A DNA stretch of 64,000 nucleotides from Dendrobates tinctorius (GCF_039654945.1 NW_027361850.1:6448001-6512000), one strand, 5' to 3'; positions 37,713 to 50,317 are shown, numbered from the stretch's first letter. The notes: generated by a model from the sequence alone, not told the origin. Numbers and translations are program-made.

Positions 37713-38313
37713 AAGCAAGGTTGGACGGAGTGGTTATCCTTTTTTATCATGTTTTTCTGAAGTCTCCCACTAATTACCCAGTTTTGACTATTTACCATTT
37801 ATAGCACTGCCACTGCATAGTTGTAAATTCACCTATAAAAATGTGACCTGTAACTATTGCAAGACACATTTATTTCTCGAGTTCTCAAATAATTTACTAT
37901 TCACACAAATATTTGCACGTTCCATTCCAGGTGTTTTAAGTCAACTTCATATGTCCACACCAGTTTGGAAGCTAACAGTGACCAAAAACCCAATTCAGAA
38001 GGCTGGCAATTGTAATTGAACTCATTTTAATGCCGGCAGATTCACCATACGTTCTGTCTGCTCTTTATGCTTAAATAAAATCTCTTGAAAATGAAAATAA
38101 AAGTGAAATCTGAACAGTCTATGTCTTGTATATCTGTGTCTTCTAGATATGAATTTCAATGTTCTTTACATTTCTGGATCTCTGCCACCAATATATCACA
38201 ACCATGGAAGTCAATGGACGACGTTCCGAAATTATTCATTATTTAGGAAAATCTTCAGTGGAGCAACAGTTGGTATTTCTTGACAGGGTTTTGACCGGAT
38301 CTAACAAAGCTGT

Positions 38314-38402
38314 TTAATAGGGATCCTTACCCACAATTTCCCATGTTCGCTGCCAGAACATCTCTTTGTGTTCTGTAGGCACTAGGTATCTGAGAAAAAA
38401 AC
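38314..38402 (-). CDS. MTMR9-like terminal exon (exon 10 equivalent)
   Basis: ttttacag|(G)FFLRYLVPTEHKEMFWQRTWEIVGKDPY*; continues the myotubularin LWEG-xFLR motif. Candidate minus-strand AATAAA at 37869-37874. Confidence 0.85.
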
Positions 38403-38481
38403 CTGTAAAATCAAGCAGAATGTAAGTAAACTTTTTTATGCATATACCCATATGTATACCACATTGTTCAAGTATGCTCAC

Positions 38482-38633
38482 CTTCCCACAGTTGAATACT
38501 TTGTGGGGCTACTGATGGCCAAATGGCTAATGGGTTTCTTTCATAAACTGGATTTACAAGGTGATTTCTTTGCCTGAAGTTGTTGAGGATACCCCAAAGA
38601 GAGTGAGTCTTTTCTCGCACCTTGTAAGTATGC
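38482..38633 (-). CDS. MTMR9-like exon 9
   Basis: tatcag|HTYKVREKTHSLWGILNNFRQRNHLVNPVYERNPLAIWPSVAPQSIQLWE|gtgagc; 152 nt. Confidence 0.93.
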
Positions 38634-39162
38634 CTGATAAAAAATACATACTTTAATACCAGGAAACAAAAAAAATGAAAGCAACTTGCTGATAAAAATG
38701 TGGATTGTTTCCTCAAATGGCACTGCTTAGTTATTTACTCTGTGACTGTGGGTAAAGTTAAATTAATAGACACATCCATGGCAGAGTGTCTTTGGAAATA
38801 ATTAAAAGATACCCCTTCTCGCCAATAAGAGAATGCAGGTGTACATGTGGTGATTGTATTTTAATACGTGCAAAACTATTTGTAAAGTTAGTTTAATTTA
38901 TTTTGGCAACAATTAAGTCAGATGCTACCCAGTGAAGATAAATGTGCATCTGACTTAATTGTTCACATCCTTATTGAAAAACAACGTTGACCTCTAGCCT
39001 GGCCATATTGGAAAAATTAGCATTCACTATAAATATCATACCAGTTCCACGTTATTTTCTATTATACCTAATGAATGTCTTCTGCAATAGAACACAAAGG
39101 TTATCAAGTCCCATCTCACTGGAAAAGACCAAAGGAACCAGGAACTTGTCATCATTAGATTG

Positions 39163-39736
39163 TTAAAGCGAACCTGTCAGCAGTTTTTGCTGATATAAGA
39201 TACGGCCACTGCCTTTCAGGGCTTATCTACAGCATTCTGGGGCGCGGTCCGGTGCTGTCCGGTCCGATGGGTGTTGCAGGTGTGGATCCGACGCCTCCCA
39301 TCTTCTTATGATCGCTGCCCTCCTGCTTGCTTCATGGCTCCCCGGCATTGCACTCCTGAGCAGGTGTACTTATCTGACCTGTTGAGGCAGACCAAAGTAC
39401 TGCAGTGTGCAGGCTCCGGGAAAGGCCAGAGAGACCCTGCACACTTCAGTACTTTGCTCTGCCCTCAACAGAGCAGATAAGTACGCCTGCACAGGAGCGC
39501 GATGCCGGGGAGCCTGTGAAGCAAGCAGCAGGGTGGAATTGCAGGAAGATAGAAGGCGCTAGATCTGCAACATCCATCAGACCGGACCGCCCCGCAGGTG
39601 AGTATAATAAAAATAAGTTTTATCTTGCAGGGCAGATCGGGGGCTTATGTACAGCATTATAGAATGCTGTATATCAGCCCTGAAAGGCAGTTGCCGTATT
39701 TTATATCGGCCAAACCTGGTGACAGGTTACCTTTAA
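39163..39736. mobile_element. TTAA-flanked palindromic MITE, sister of 3534-4074
   Basis: TTAAAGCGAACCTGTCAG ... TGACAGGTTACCTTTAA. Confidence 0.8.
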
Positions 39737-42100
39737 CCTCTTCCCGACCTGTGACACAGCGTATACGTCATGAAAGTCGGTGCCAATCCGACCCATGACG
39801 CATATGCCGTGTCATAACTTCAAAGCCCCCCTGGGGGTCAGGTGACCGGGGTCACTGAAAGGTCACCCGACCCGCAGTGACAGGAGGCTTTGTGCTTCAC
39901 CCCAGGGGGGATAGCTTAGCCCCCCGTGCCTACGATCGCTCTGATTGGCTGTTGAAAGTGAAACAGACAATCAGCAATAGTAATATTTCATCAATGAAAA
40001 TTAATGAAATATTACAATCCAGCCATGGCCGATGCTGAAATAGCATCTGCCATGGCTGAAGACACTAATTTAACCCCCCCCACACTGACTGACGGTGCCG
40101 AACGGCCGCCGCTGTAATAGTCTGCCCCCCTTCCCTCCGCTCACCCCCCACGATACTTACAAAGCCCCCTGTCCGTCCCTGTGTCCCGCTGTCCCGGTTC
40201 ATGGGCGCCGACATCTTGGAAAATGTGCGCATGCGCAGTGCGCCCGCCGGCATTTCCTGGCTGCAGATTCATTTTTTTTTTTTATTTTGATCACTGTGAT
40301 AAACTTTCACAGTGATCAAAATAAAAAAAAAAAAAGTAAATCACCGCCCCCCCCCCTTATCACCCCCCATAGGGACAAATAATAAAATAAATAAAATATT
40401 TTTATTTTTCAATTAGGGTTGGAATTAGGGTTAAGATTAGGGGTGGGTTGGGGTTGGGATTAGGGTAAGGCTTGCGGTTAGGGTTAGAGCTGGGATCAGG
40501 GTTAGGGGTGTGTTGGGGTTAGGGTAGGGATTAGGGTTAGGTTAGGGTTGGAGATAGAATTGAGGGGTTTCCACTGTTTAGGCACATCACGGGGTCTCCA
40601 AACATAACATGGCGCCACCATTTATTCCAGCCAATTTTGCGTTCAAAAAGTCGAACAGTGCTCCCTCCATTCCGAGCCCTGGCGTGTGCCCAAACAGTGG
40701 TTTAACCCCACATATGGGGTATTGGCGTACTCAGGAAAAATTGCACAACAACTTTGGGGGTCTAATTTCTCCTGTTACCCTTGGAAAAATTAAAAATTGA
40801 GGGCTAAAAAAAAATATTGTCACGGTTCTGCGTTATAGCATTCTGTGAAGCACTTGGGGGTTCAACGTGCTCACCACATATCTAGATTAGTTCCTTGGGT
40901 GGTCTAGTTTCCAAAATGGGGTCACTCGTGGGGGGGTTTCCACTGTTTAGGTACATCAGGGGCTCTGCAAACATAACCTGACGCCTGCAGACCTTTCCAT
41001 CAAGTCGACATTTCAAAACGTCACTAGTTCCCTTCTGAGCCCCAACGTGTGCCCAAACAGTGATTTCCCCCCCCCCACATATGGGGTACCAGCGTACTCA
41101 GGACAAACTGGACAACAATTTTTGGGGTCCAATTTATCCTGCTACCCTTGTGAAAATAAAAAATAGTGGGCTAAATATCATTTTTTGAGGGGAAAAAGCA
41201 CTTGGGGGTTCAGAGTGCTCACGACACATCTAGATAAGTTCCTTGGGGGGGGAATAGCTCCAAAGTTTAGGCACACAGGGGCTCTTCAAACACGACATGG
41301 TGTCCGCTAACGATTGGAGCTAATTTTCCATTCAAAAAGTCAAATGGCGCTCCTTCCCTTCCGGGCCCTGCCGTGCACCCAAACAGTGGTTTATGACCAC
41401 ATATGAGGTATTGGTGCACTCAGGAGAAATTGCCCAACAAATTTTAGGATCCATTTTATCCTGTTGCCCATGTGAAAATGAAAAAACAGGCTAAAAGAAA
41501 ATTTTTGTGAAAAAAAGTACTTTTTTTTTTACGGATCAATTTGTGAAGCACCTGGGGGTTCAAATTGCTCATTATGCGTACAAATAAGTTTCTTGGAGGG
41601 TCTAGTTTCCAAAATGGGGTCACTTGTGGGGGAGCTCCAATGTTTAGGCGCACAGGGGCTCTCCAAATGCGACATGGCAACCGCTAAATATTCCAGCATA
41701 TTTTCCATTCCAAAAGTCAAATGGCGCTCCTTCCCTTCTGAGTCCTTCCGTGCGCCCAAACAGTGGTTTGTAACCACATGTGAGGTATCTGTGCACTCAG
41801 GAGAAATTGCCCAACAAATTTTATGATCCATTTTATCCTGTTGCCCATGTGAAAATGAAAAAACTGAGGCTAAAAGAAAATTTTTGTGAAAAAAAAGTCA
41901 AATTTCCAATTTTTTTCACAAATAAACGCAAAAATTATCGACCTAAATTTACCACTAACATGAAGCCCAACATGTCACGAAAAAACAGTCTAGGATGCGT
42001 TGAAGCGTTCCAGAGTTCTTACCTCATAAAGGGGACACTGGTCAGAATTGCAAAAAATGGCCAGGTCATTAAGGTCAAAATAGGCTGGGTCATGAAGGGG
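39737..42100 (+). mobile_element. piggyBac-like non-autonomous element with a telomere-like tract and internal tandem subrepeats
   Basis: TTAA-CCTCTTCCCGACC ... GGTCATGAAGGGG-TTAA; about four internal repeats of ~350 bp; a related element begins at the shared TTAA 42101-42104. Confidence 0.75.
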
Positions 42101-43411
42101 TTAACCCCTAACCGACATTTGCAGTATACATACACATCATGGAAGGGAAGGACTTCCCAACTCATAAGGTATATGCACGTCATGGCGACCTGTGCACAGG
42201 AGCTGTGTGTGGGCGATCTCCGCCCCAGGTGTTCACAGCTGACTCTCAGCTCTCACTGCCACACCGCTCGTGGCAGTTTAACCACCTCAATGCTGCAATT
42301 GATATCGTTTGCAGCAATTAGAAGGCAGCCTCTCTATTCCAATCAGCATCCCTGCAACGTCATTGCGTACTGACCCGAAAAATAAAGCTGCCTTATCAAT
42401 TTTGCCACATGTGGAACGGCTTTAACAAAAAAAAAAATCAACTTCCTGGATTGCTGGATTTTGTTCATTCTGCCTCCCAGATATCTGAATAGAAAGCGAA
42501 TGCACCCAAACACTAGTTTTGCTCCACATATGGCGTATTGGCATACTTAGTAGAAATTGCTCAACAAATTTTGGGGTCATTTTTCTCCTGTTAACTTTGT
42601 GAAAATAAAAAAAAAAAAATTGGGGCCAAAGTAACATGTAAAATGTTCATTTTTTCCTTCCACATTACATAAATTCCTCTGAAGCCTCCTGAAGGGTTAA
42701 TAAACTTCTTGGATGTGGTTTTGAGCAGTTTGAGTGGTGTAGTTTGGGTTTTTTCTGTCATATAGGCCCCTCCCCCAAAAGTTACTTTACTCTAAAAAAA
42801 TGGTTTTGTAAGTTTGTTGCACAGAGTGGCAGATAGGGATGAAAAAGACACGAAGGTACAGGAAAGAAGCTGTACATGTAGGCTTAGTCTGTATATGAAC
42901 AATACGTATGCCTTTTCTGTGATTTGTGAGAAATATACCCCTTTTATAGGCTTATTATGGCAGGATTGGATGCCTTTTCTTAGGTTCTGGCATCACATTG
43001 GCATTGCTATATAGCAGCTGCCAGTCACTGCTTATGGTATGGACACAGTTGTAAATGGGTTTATATGATAAAGCATTGTCTAGATTGGTTCCAGTTGTAT
43101 TATTTGTCAAATGTTGCATCTGATGAATATAGTATATAGCTAATGATGAAGAGAAATAATTTGCTTCTCAGCAGGAGGGATCTGATAGGGGATGCCATCC
43201 TGTAGGTCAGAGACTGACTTCCTCTGTACACATAATGTTCTGGACTGGTAGACTGGAGCAAATGTGACAATTGCCCATAATGTACGGGTGATGGAAATCT
43301 ATGTATCCAACATGCATAGATATAATTGTAACTTCCCGGCTATATTCCATGCAAGAAAAATGTTGGCGTGCTACTTTAACCATTTCCATTCCTTATTATA
43401 CTGTAACTTGC

Positions 43412-43632
43412 CTTTCCTTTTCATTGTTGCATAAGAAGGTCCCATACTCTGAGCTGTAGGCGTGGGTTGCAAGTGCACACAAAAGTTTTTCATTGAACTC
43501 CATTGCCATAGGAAATTGTCGCGTGAGTTGCCAGCAGCAGTCCAAAAATAGGAGAAAGTAAGGGGATTCTTGCTGAAAACGGCCCTGTGCCCAGCCGGAT
43601 CGAGCACAGCGTAGCTGAAAAGGATGACCAGC
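43412..43632 (-). CDS. MTMR9-like exon 8 (GC donor)
   Basis: cacag|AGHPFQLRC...SPYFLLFLDCCWQLTRQFPMAMEFNE...YGTFLCNNEKER|GCAAGT; 221 nt. Confidence 0.93.
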
Positions 43633-43715
43633 CTGTGAATGCAGGGAGTAAAACTGAGCAATGGCCAAGTGTCATAGTCAGTGAGCACGGTGTGTGGGGT
43701 TCGTGGGTCAACTAC

Positions 43716-43857
43716 CTGCAGCCATTCACGCTCAATTAGATCCTGGAAGCCAACCATCGTTCGGCAATCGGGGGACAAAATAAGTTGTGCCAGGGATGTC
43801 ACCAGCAATGTGTTGTTAGCCCCTTCATCCCCGTGTACAAGGACACAAGTACATTGC
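43716..43857 (-). CDS. MTMR9-like exon 7 (inactive PTP signature)
   Basis: tttgcag|QCTCVLVHGDEGANNTLLVTSLAQLILSPDCRTMVGFQDLIEREWLQ|gtagtt; 142 nt. Confidence 0.94.
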
Positions 43858-44392
43858 CTGCAAATAAAAATGGATTTCTGAGCTCAAGTGGCCTTGGCAC
43901 CACGTAAAGGTGGCTTGTTTTTTCTCTTATGAGTATGCTGGGTTTTTTTTTCAGAAATCTGGATCTTTTTTAGCAATTTTTCTGGTCTTTCCAAGCAGAC
44001 ATTCACAGAAGGGAATAATGCAGAGCAGCCTAATGACACACTCCTAGCGATTCCTGTGATATCGTCCCCTTGATAAACATCATAAAAATAAGCACTTAAT
44101 AAAAATTACTTTAAAACTGTATGGTGGATTTTCAAACCCAAGCGTAATACTCCGAGAAGCAGTGGGAGTAAAAGAGCAAAAGCTTGCCATTTTTGATGCG
44201 AAGACAGGTTCCTTTTAAATATACATGTTATAAATATTCATTAGCCCCCTTTATAAATGTATCCTGTTTGACACGTCTACATTTGACAAATACGTGAATA
44301 AAGATTGGCATGTTATCAGAACGTGCATAAAATTATATTTAGTGACCGCTCTCTTTTCTCAACACTTAGTTCATGCTGGAATTTTCACACAC

Positions 44393-44554
44393 CTCTCGAG
44401 GCACTCAGCAGCTAGGCCTGCCGTACTCAGAGCTTCTTTGATATGGGACAACCATTGTGAAACTTGTAACTTGCTGAGCCAATGGTTCCATCCCTGATAG
44501 GTCTGGTAGCAGGTACCAACCAAGCGTGTCAGGCTGCTTTGTAGGGCTTGTCCC
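44393..44554 (-). CDS. MTMR9-like exon 6
   Basis: ctttag|GQALQSSLTRLVGTC...HWLSKLQVSQWLSHIKEALSTAGLAAECLER|gtgtgt; 162 nt. Confidence 0.93.
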
Positions 44555-44627
44555 CTAAAGACATAAGAATTAGTAAGAAGCAGAATCCTTAAGGAAAGCA
44601 TTGCATTACTTCTTCTTTTACACACAC

Positions 44628-44845
44628 CTTTCTAATGGGCGATGGAGCACCCTCCATTTCAGATATCTGCCCTTATTTTCTGTGCCACCTCCTGCACTTC
44701 TTGCTTGCTTAGCTTCCTGTTCTGTACGAATGTCGATAATAAATCCTCGTGATTGGCCCATTAATGCGGCATTGAGCAACATCTCGTCATCTTCACAACA
44801 GTGATGGTTTGGACCAACCAGAGGCTGAGCAGATCGCAGCAAAAC
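44628..44845 (-). CDS. MTMR9-like exon 5
   Basis: ctcag|VLLRSAQPLVGPN...GFIIDIR...AGGGTENKGRYLKWRVLHRPLER|gtgtgt; 218 nt. Confidence 0.94.
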
Positions 44846-45099
44846 CTGAGACAAATGGAGGGTGCACTTAATAAAAATTACGTAGTACAGGAGAAGCATG
44901 GTCAAAACAAATACCTAAATGGTCACTGTAAAGAAATCAATAGTACAAACACATATAAGAAGAATTGTAATGAATATTATCGAGAAATTGTTTCTCTACT
45001 TATGAACAACTTGTCTTCTTTTGCCACTGATAACTTTAGTCTGCAAAATGTGAAGAGGGAAGCAGTGACAGCCAGAAAGACAAAGATGGTGCTGCTGCT

Positions 45100-46040
45100 C
45101 TTAGAATCATAGAATCGAAGAGTTGGAAGCGACCTCCTGGGCCATCTAGTCCAACCCCCTGCTCAAAGCAGGATTCACTAAATCGTCCCAGACAGATGTC
45201 TGTCCAGCCTCTGTTTGAAGACTTCTATTGAAGGAGAACTCACCACCTCTCGTGGCAGCCTGTTCCACTCATTGATCACTCTGTCAAAAAGTTTTTTCTA
45301 ATATCTAATCTGTGTCTCCTCCCATTCAGTGTCATCCCATTGCTCCTAGTCTTTCCTTGTGCAAATGAGAATAAAGATAATCCTTCTACAATGTGACAGC
45401 CCTTGAGATATTTGTAGACAGCTATTAAGTCTCCTCTCAGTCTTCTCTTCTGCAAGCTAAACATTCCCAAATCCTGCAACCTTTCCTCATAAGACAGGGA
45501 TTGCAGACCGGTCACCATTCTGGTCACTTTTCTGAACTTGCTCCAGTTTGTTGATGTCTTTTTTAAAATGTGGTGCCCAAAACTGGACAAAGTATTCCAG
45601 ATGAGGTCTGACCAAAGAGGAGTAGAGGGCAATAATGACTTCACGTGATCTAGACTGTATGCTTCTGTTAATACATCCTAGAATTGCATTTGCTTTTTTG
45701 CTGCTGCATCACACTGTTGACTCATATTCAGTCTGTGATCTATTAGTATACCCAAGCCTTTTTCACATGTGCTGTTGCTTAGCCCTATTCCTCCCACTCT
45801 GTATATGCTTTTATTCATTTTTATTGCCCAGATGTAGTACTTTGCATTTTTCCCTGTTAAAAACCATTCTGTCAGTTGCTGCTCACTGCTCCAGCTTACT
45901 TATATCTTTTTGAATCCTCTCTCTCTCTTCTCTAGTATTCGCTATCCCTCCTAGCTTTGTGTCATCAGCAAATTTAATCAGGTTACCCTCAATTCCTTCA
46001 TCTAAATCATTGATATAGATGTTGAATAATACAGGGCCCA
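45100..46040 (-). mobile_element. 5'-truncated CR1 LINE
   Basis: PVLFNIYINDL...KFADDTKL and SYEERL...KRRLRGDLIAVYKYL; 3' microsatellite tail (ttagaatcatagaatc on plus strand). Confidence 0.9.
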
Positions 46041-46086
46041 TTGCTAGATTCACAGATACACTACTCAATACTACTGTATAATGTCA

Positions 46087-46374
46087 TCGGGTTTCATGAA
46101 ACAAAATTTGTTTCAGATGAAACTGGTCCGACTAGGGCAAAAAAAGTCGGAGTTTCATCCGAAACCCAACCCCAATGCAATGCAATGGGGAATAAAAGTC
46201 GGCATTGAGTGGATGAATGTCATTCGCTCAATGCTGACTTTTATTTCCCATTGACTGGCATTGGGGTCGGGTTTCGGACGAAACTCCGACCTTTTTTTGC
46301 CCTAGTCGGACCAGTTTCATCTGAAACAAATTTTGTTTCATGAAACCCGATCCGACCAAAGTCGCTCAACTCTA
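46087..46374. mobile_element. Near-perfect hairpin MITE with the left terminus missing
   Basis: 46087-46220 is the reverse complement of 46233-46352; right end TCGCTCAACTCTA. Confidence 0.75.
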
Positions 46375-46670
46375 CTCCTCATGTATCTGTGTATGGTAGA
46401 CATAGTAACTAATGTCCATGCGTTAGCTCATTCCCAACTCAAATTCCATTGCTAGATTCACAGATACACTACTCAATACTACTGTATAATGTCATATGTG
46501 CTGAGAAAGACCTCCTCATATCTCTGTGTATTGTGTATGGTAGACATCATAGCTGCAAGAGTCCATATGCTAGCTCATTCTCAACTGCAAATTAAAGATA
46601 GCAAATGTGAAGGGGAGAATTGCAGGATCAATAGCATGTAATGGCCAGAAATACTGTTTTTCTTTATTCA

Positions 46671-47444
46671 TGTAGCACTATGGCTAGCGCCCCTGCATTT
46701 TTTGTCCCATTCTCTCTCAATGCAGGGACGCTGGCTTGCTCACTGCCCCAGCTACTTGGCGTAGGTCCCTGGTGTGCTTACAGCTGTGTGTGCCCTGCAG
46801 TTCCTGGCAGCATGCCTAGTACGCTCATGTGTTCACTCCCCTGCTCTTAAAGGAGCAGTTCAAATATAGTAAATGCTCTTAACAACCTAAGATAATGTAC
46901 ATAGTGTGAGGCATATGGAGGCCGTGGGAGTACATTGCAGTCACAAGCATAGCTGTGATTGCAATGCAAAATAAAAGAAAGTATTGAACATGCTAAGTGT
47001 CCAGGGCAGATAAAAGAAAACCTGTTCTGGGCTTTTATTTATGAAATGAACTACAGGATGGTAGTGGGGTGGTCCATTTCCTTCCCCAGCCCCAGGTTTT
47101 TCATGTGGACTAAGGCCACATGTTGGTTTTGTAAAAGCCCTGCAGTAAAGGATGTGGGTGCGTCAGTTTGATCATGTAAGCAGGCAGAGCAGATGTCTCT
47201 GCAGAGCACGGCCTATGTGAGGCAGCACAGGACAGAGCGGAGCCAAGAGGCCTGGCACCCTCGGTGTATACGGCGGTACCGTAGCACACGGCAACAAGAC
47301 ATGGACTGTCTTTCTTTTCCCGGCTGTGATCTGGAGGATATTGTGTGCTGAGCTTATGTGAGTTGGACATTAAAAGAGTTTTGTTTCAAACTTTTACTTG
47401 GTCACTGCCTCATCACTGCGCAGTGAGGACACCGCTGCACTACA
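46671..47444. mobile_element. Probable solo LTR
   Basis: TGTAG ... CTACA ends; flanks ATTCA / ATTGA (5 bp, one mismatch). Confidence 0.5.
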
Positions 47445-48098
47445 ATTGATTAATCCTTTCCTTGGAAGCGTTAAAAGGGTTTTCTGTTAGGTAATGCTCA
47501 TGTCCTGTCCTTTAGATAGGAAATCAATATTGGATAGGTGAGGACAGCTCTCATAAACCCGAGAGATAAGCTGTTTAATGGGTCTAGTGCTGTGGCCTTT
47601 TTATTGCTTACATTGCTTCTTTCCCCAGAATGCCGTACATTAGGTAGCAGATGTGCTGGATATTGGATATTTGCAAAATCCATTGCTGGATTGAAGTGGC
47701 AGACATACCCAGCTTTGCACTACGCTTGTTTGGCTCTTATTAAATTGGTTATATTACATTCTTTTTTTTCGGGCAGAATAGTGTACTGTTTCTGAAAATT
47801 CTTTATTGTCCTTATAGCTGCCACAAAGTGTCAATATATAAGGAGTTGGCATCAATGTATAATATCAAATTTATGTATTATTGAATTTAAAACTGTACAG
47901 ATCATAGTGCTAATCTTATAGCTGTGCCCTAGTCTAATATGAATACCAGATATAGCGGCATGTAAAAGTTTGGGCACCCCTGGTCAAAATGACTGTTATT
48001 GTGAACAGTTAAGTAAGTTGAAGATGAAATGATCTCTAAAAGGACTAACGTTAAAGATGACATATTTACTTTGTATTTTAGGCCAAAAAATATATATA

Positions 48099-48553
48099 CA
48101 GCTCTGGCAAAAATTAACACCACTGCAAAATTTTCAGTTTGTCTGATTTTTCTCTTTATAGGTATATTTTTTAGTAAAATGTAAATTGCACTTTTATTCT
48201 ATAGAGTAACACCACTAACATGTCTTCGAAATTCCAAGCACTAAAATTTGAATTTATTTTCAGAAAATAAGAAATGATCAAAATAACAAAACAATGCAGT
48301 GCTTGCAGACCTCAAATAATGCTAAGAAAACAAGTTCATAATCATTTAGAAACAACAATACTAATGTTTTAATTCAGGAAGAGTTCAGAAATCAATATTT
48401 TGTGGAAGAACCATGATTTTTAATCACAACTTTCATGTGTCTTGGCATGCTTTCCACCAGTCTTTCACACACTGCTTTTGGGTGACCCTATGCCACTCCT
48501 GGTACAAAACTTTAAGCAGTTCTTTGTTTGATGGCTTGTGACTATCCATCTTC
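48099..48553 (-). mobile_element. Terminal fragment of a second Tc1 family
   Basis: TA-CAGCTCTGGCAAAAATTAA terminus followed by the antisense 3' end of a Tc1-like transposase. Confidence 0.55.
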
Positions 48554-48697
48554 TACTCTGAGGAAACTAGTGTATATACCCTGTAACATTATATTTTTCA
48601 AGAAAGGCATCCAGTCCCCTCTTAAATTTTATTAGGGAATCACTCATTACAACATCATATGGCAGAGAGTTCCATAGTCTCACTGCTCTTACAGTAA

Positions 48698-49082
48698 GGC
48701 TATGTGCCCACGTAGCATTTTTGAAGCAGAATATTCCTGAGTGGAAACGCACACCCTCTTCCCTGGAAAATGCATGCGTTTTATGAAGCACTTTTGTAAG
48801 CGTTTTTGACGCTTTCGTCAAGCGTTTTCGCATGCATTTTCATATGCGTTTTTGCAATACAATTGTATGTATGCGGAAACGCACGCGTTTCCGCAAAATT
48901 AATGAACATGCTGCGTTTTTTCCGCTAAGCGTTTCCGCAGTGGATAAAAAGCACCATTAGCACAACATGTGCGTATTCAATTCTGATTACATGGGATGCT
49001 TTTCTTAAGCGTTTCCGCGGCAGAAACACACGTCTAAAAGCGCTGCGGAAACGCTTAGAACACGCAACGTGGGCACACAGCC
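48698..49082. mobile_element. Harbinger-type MITE in the CR1
   Basis: TIR GGCT(A/G)TGTGCCCACGT; TAA duplication. Confidence 0.82.
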
Positions 49083-49938
49083 TAAAGAACCCGCGTCTGT
49101 GATTATACTTAAACCTTCTTTCCTCCAGACGTAGAGGATGCCACCTTGTCCCTGTCTCAGGTTTATGAGTAAAAAGGTCATTAGAATGGTCTTTGTATTG
49201 TCCCCTCATATATTTAACCATTAAAATAAGATCACCAGTTAGCCTTCGTTTTTCCCAGCTAAATAACCCCAAGTGTAATAACCTGTCTTGGTATTGCAGA
49301 CCCCCCAGTACCCTAATAACCTTGGTCGCTCTTCTCTGCACCCACTCTAGTTCAGCTATGTCTTTCTTATACACCGGAGACCAGAACTGTACACAGTATT
49401 CTAAGTGTGGTCGCACTAGTGATTTGTATAGAGGTAAAATTATGTTCTCATGAGCATAAATGCCTTTTTTTAATGTATCCAATTATTTTATTTGCCTTTG
49501 CAGCAGCTGCCTGACACTGGCCACTAAATGTGAGTTTGTGGTCCACCCATACACCCAGGTCTTTTTCATTGACGGTTTTGCCCAGTGTTTTACAATTAAG
49601 CACATAATTATATCTTGTTTGTTCTACCCAAGTGCATGACCTTACATTTATCCCCATTAAAGCACATTTGCCATTTATCAGTCCAAGCTTCTAGTTTACA
49701 TAAATCCTCCTGTAATATAAAATTGTCCTCCTCTGTATTGATTACCCTGCAGAGTTTAGTGTCATCTGCAAATATTGAAATTCTACTCTCTATGCCCCCT
49801 ACAAGGTCATTAATAAATTTGTTAAAAAGAAGCGGGCCCAATGCTGACCCCTGTGGTACCCCACTGCTAACCGTGACCCAGTCCGAGTGTGCACCATTAA
49901 TAACCACTCTTTGTTTCCTATCCCTGAGCCACCTCTAA

Positions 49939-50317
49939 AGGGGGCTTTACACATAGCAATATCGCTAAAGCGTCACCGGTTTTGTGACGCAGCAGCGATA
50001 TTGCTAGCAATATCGCTATGTGTGATACCTCCGACCGGCTCCCCCGCTGTCAGCCACTGATCGCGCAAGATCGTGCAGCTCCATTTCTCGTCGGGCGCTT
50101 CCTGCTGGTGCCAACGAGCGACGCGTAGACGCGGGCGGGAGGACATCAGGATCGCTGCGTCTGAAAGGTAAGTAACGACCGCTGCTGCGTCGCTATGTTG
50201 CTGTGAGATCTGCCTGTGTGGCAGCTCACTAGCGACCATTTAACGATGCACCAGCGATCCTGACCGGGTCGTATCATTGTCGGGATCACTGGTGCATCGC
50301 TAAATGTAAAGGGGCCT
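49939..50317. mobile_element. Harbinger-type MITE in the CR1 RT
   Basis: Internal sequence colinear with 27604-28000; ends GGGGCTTTACAC / TGTAAAGGGGCC. Confidence 0.75.
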
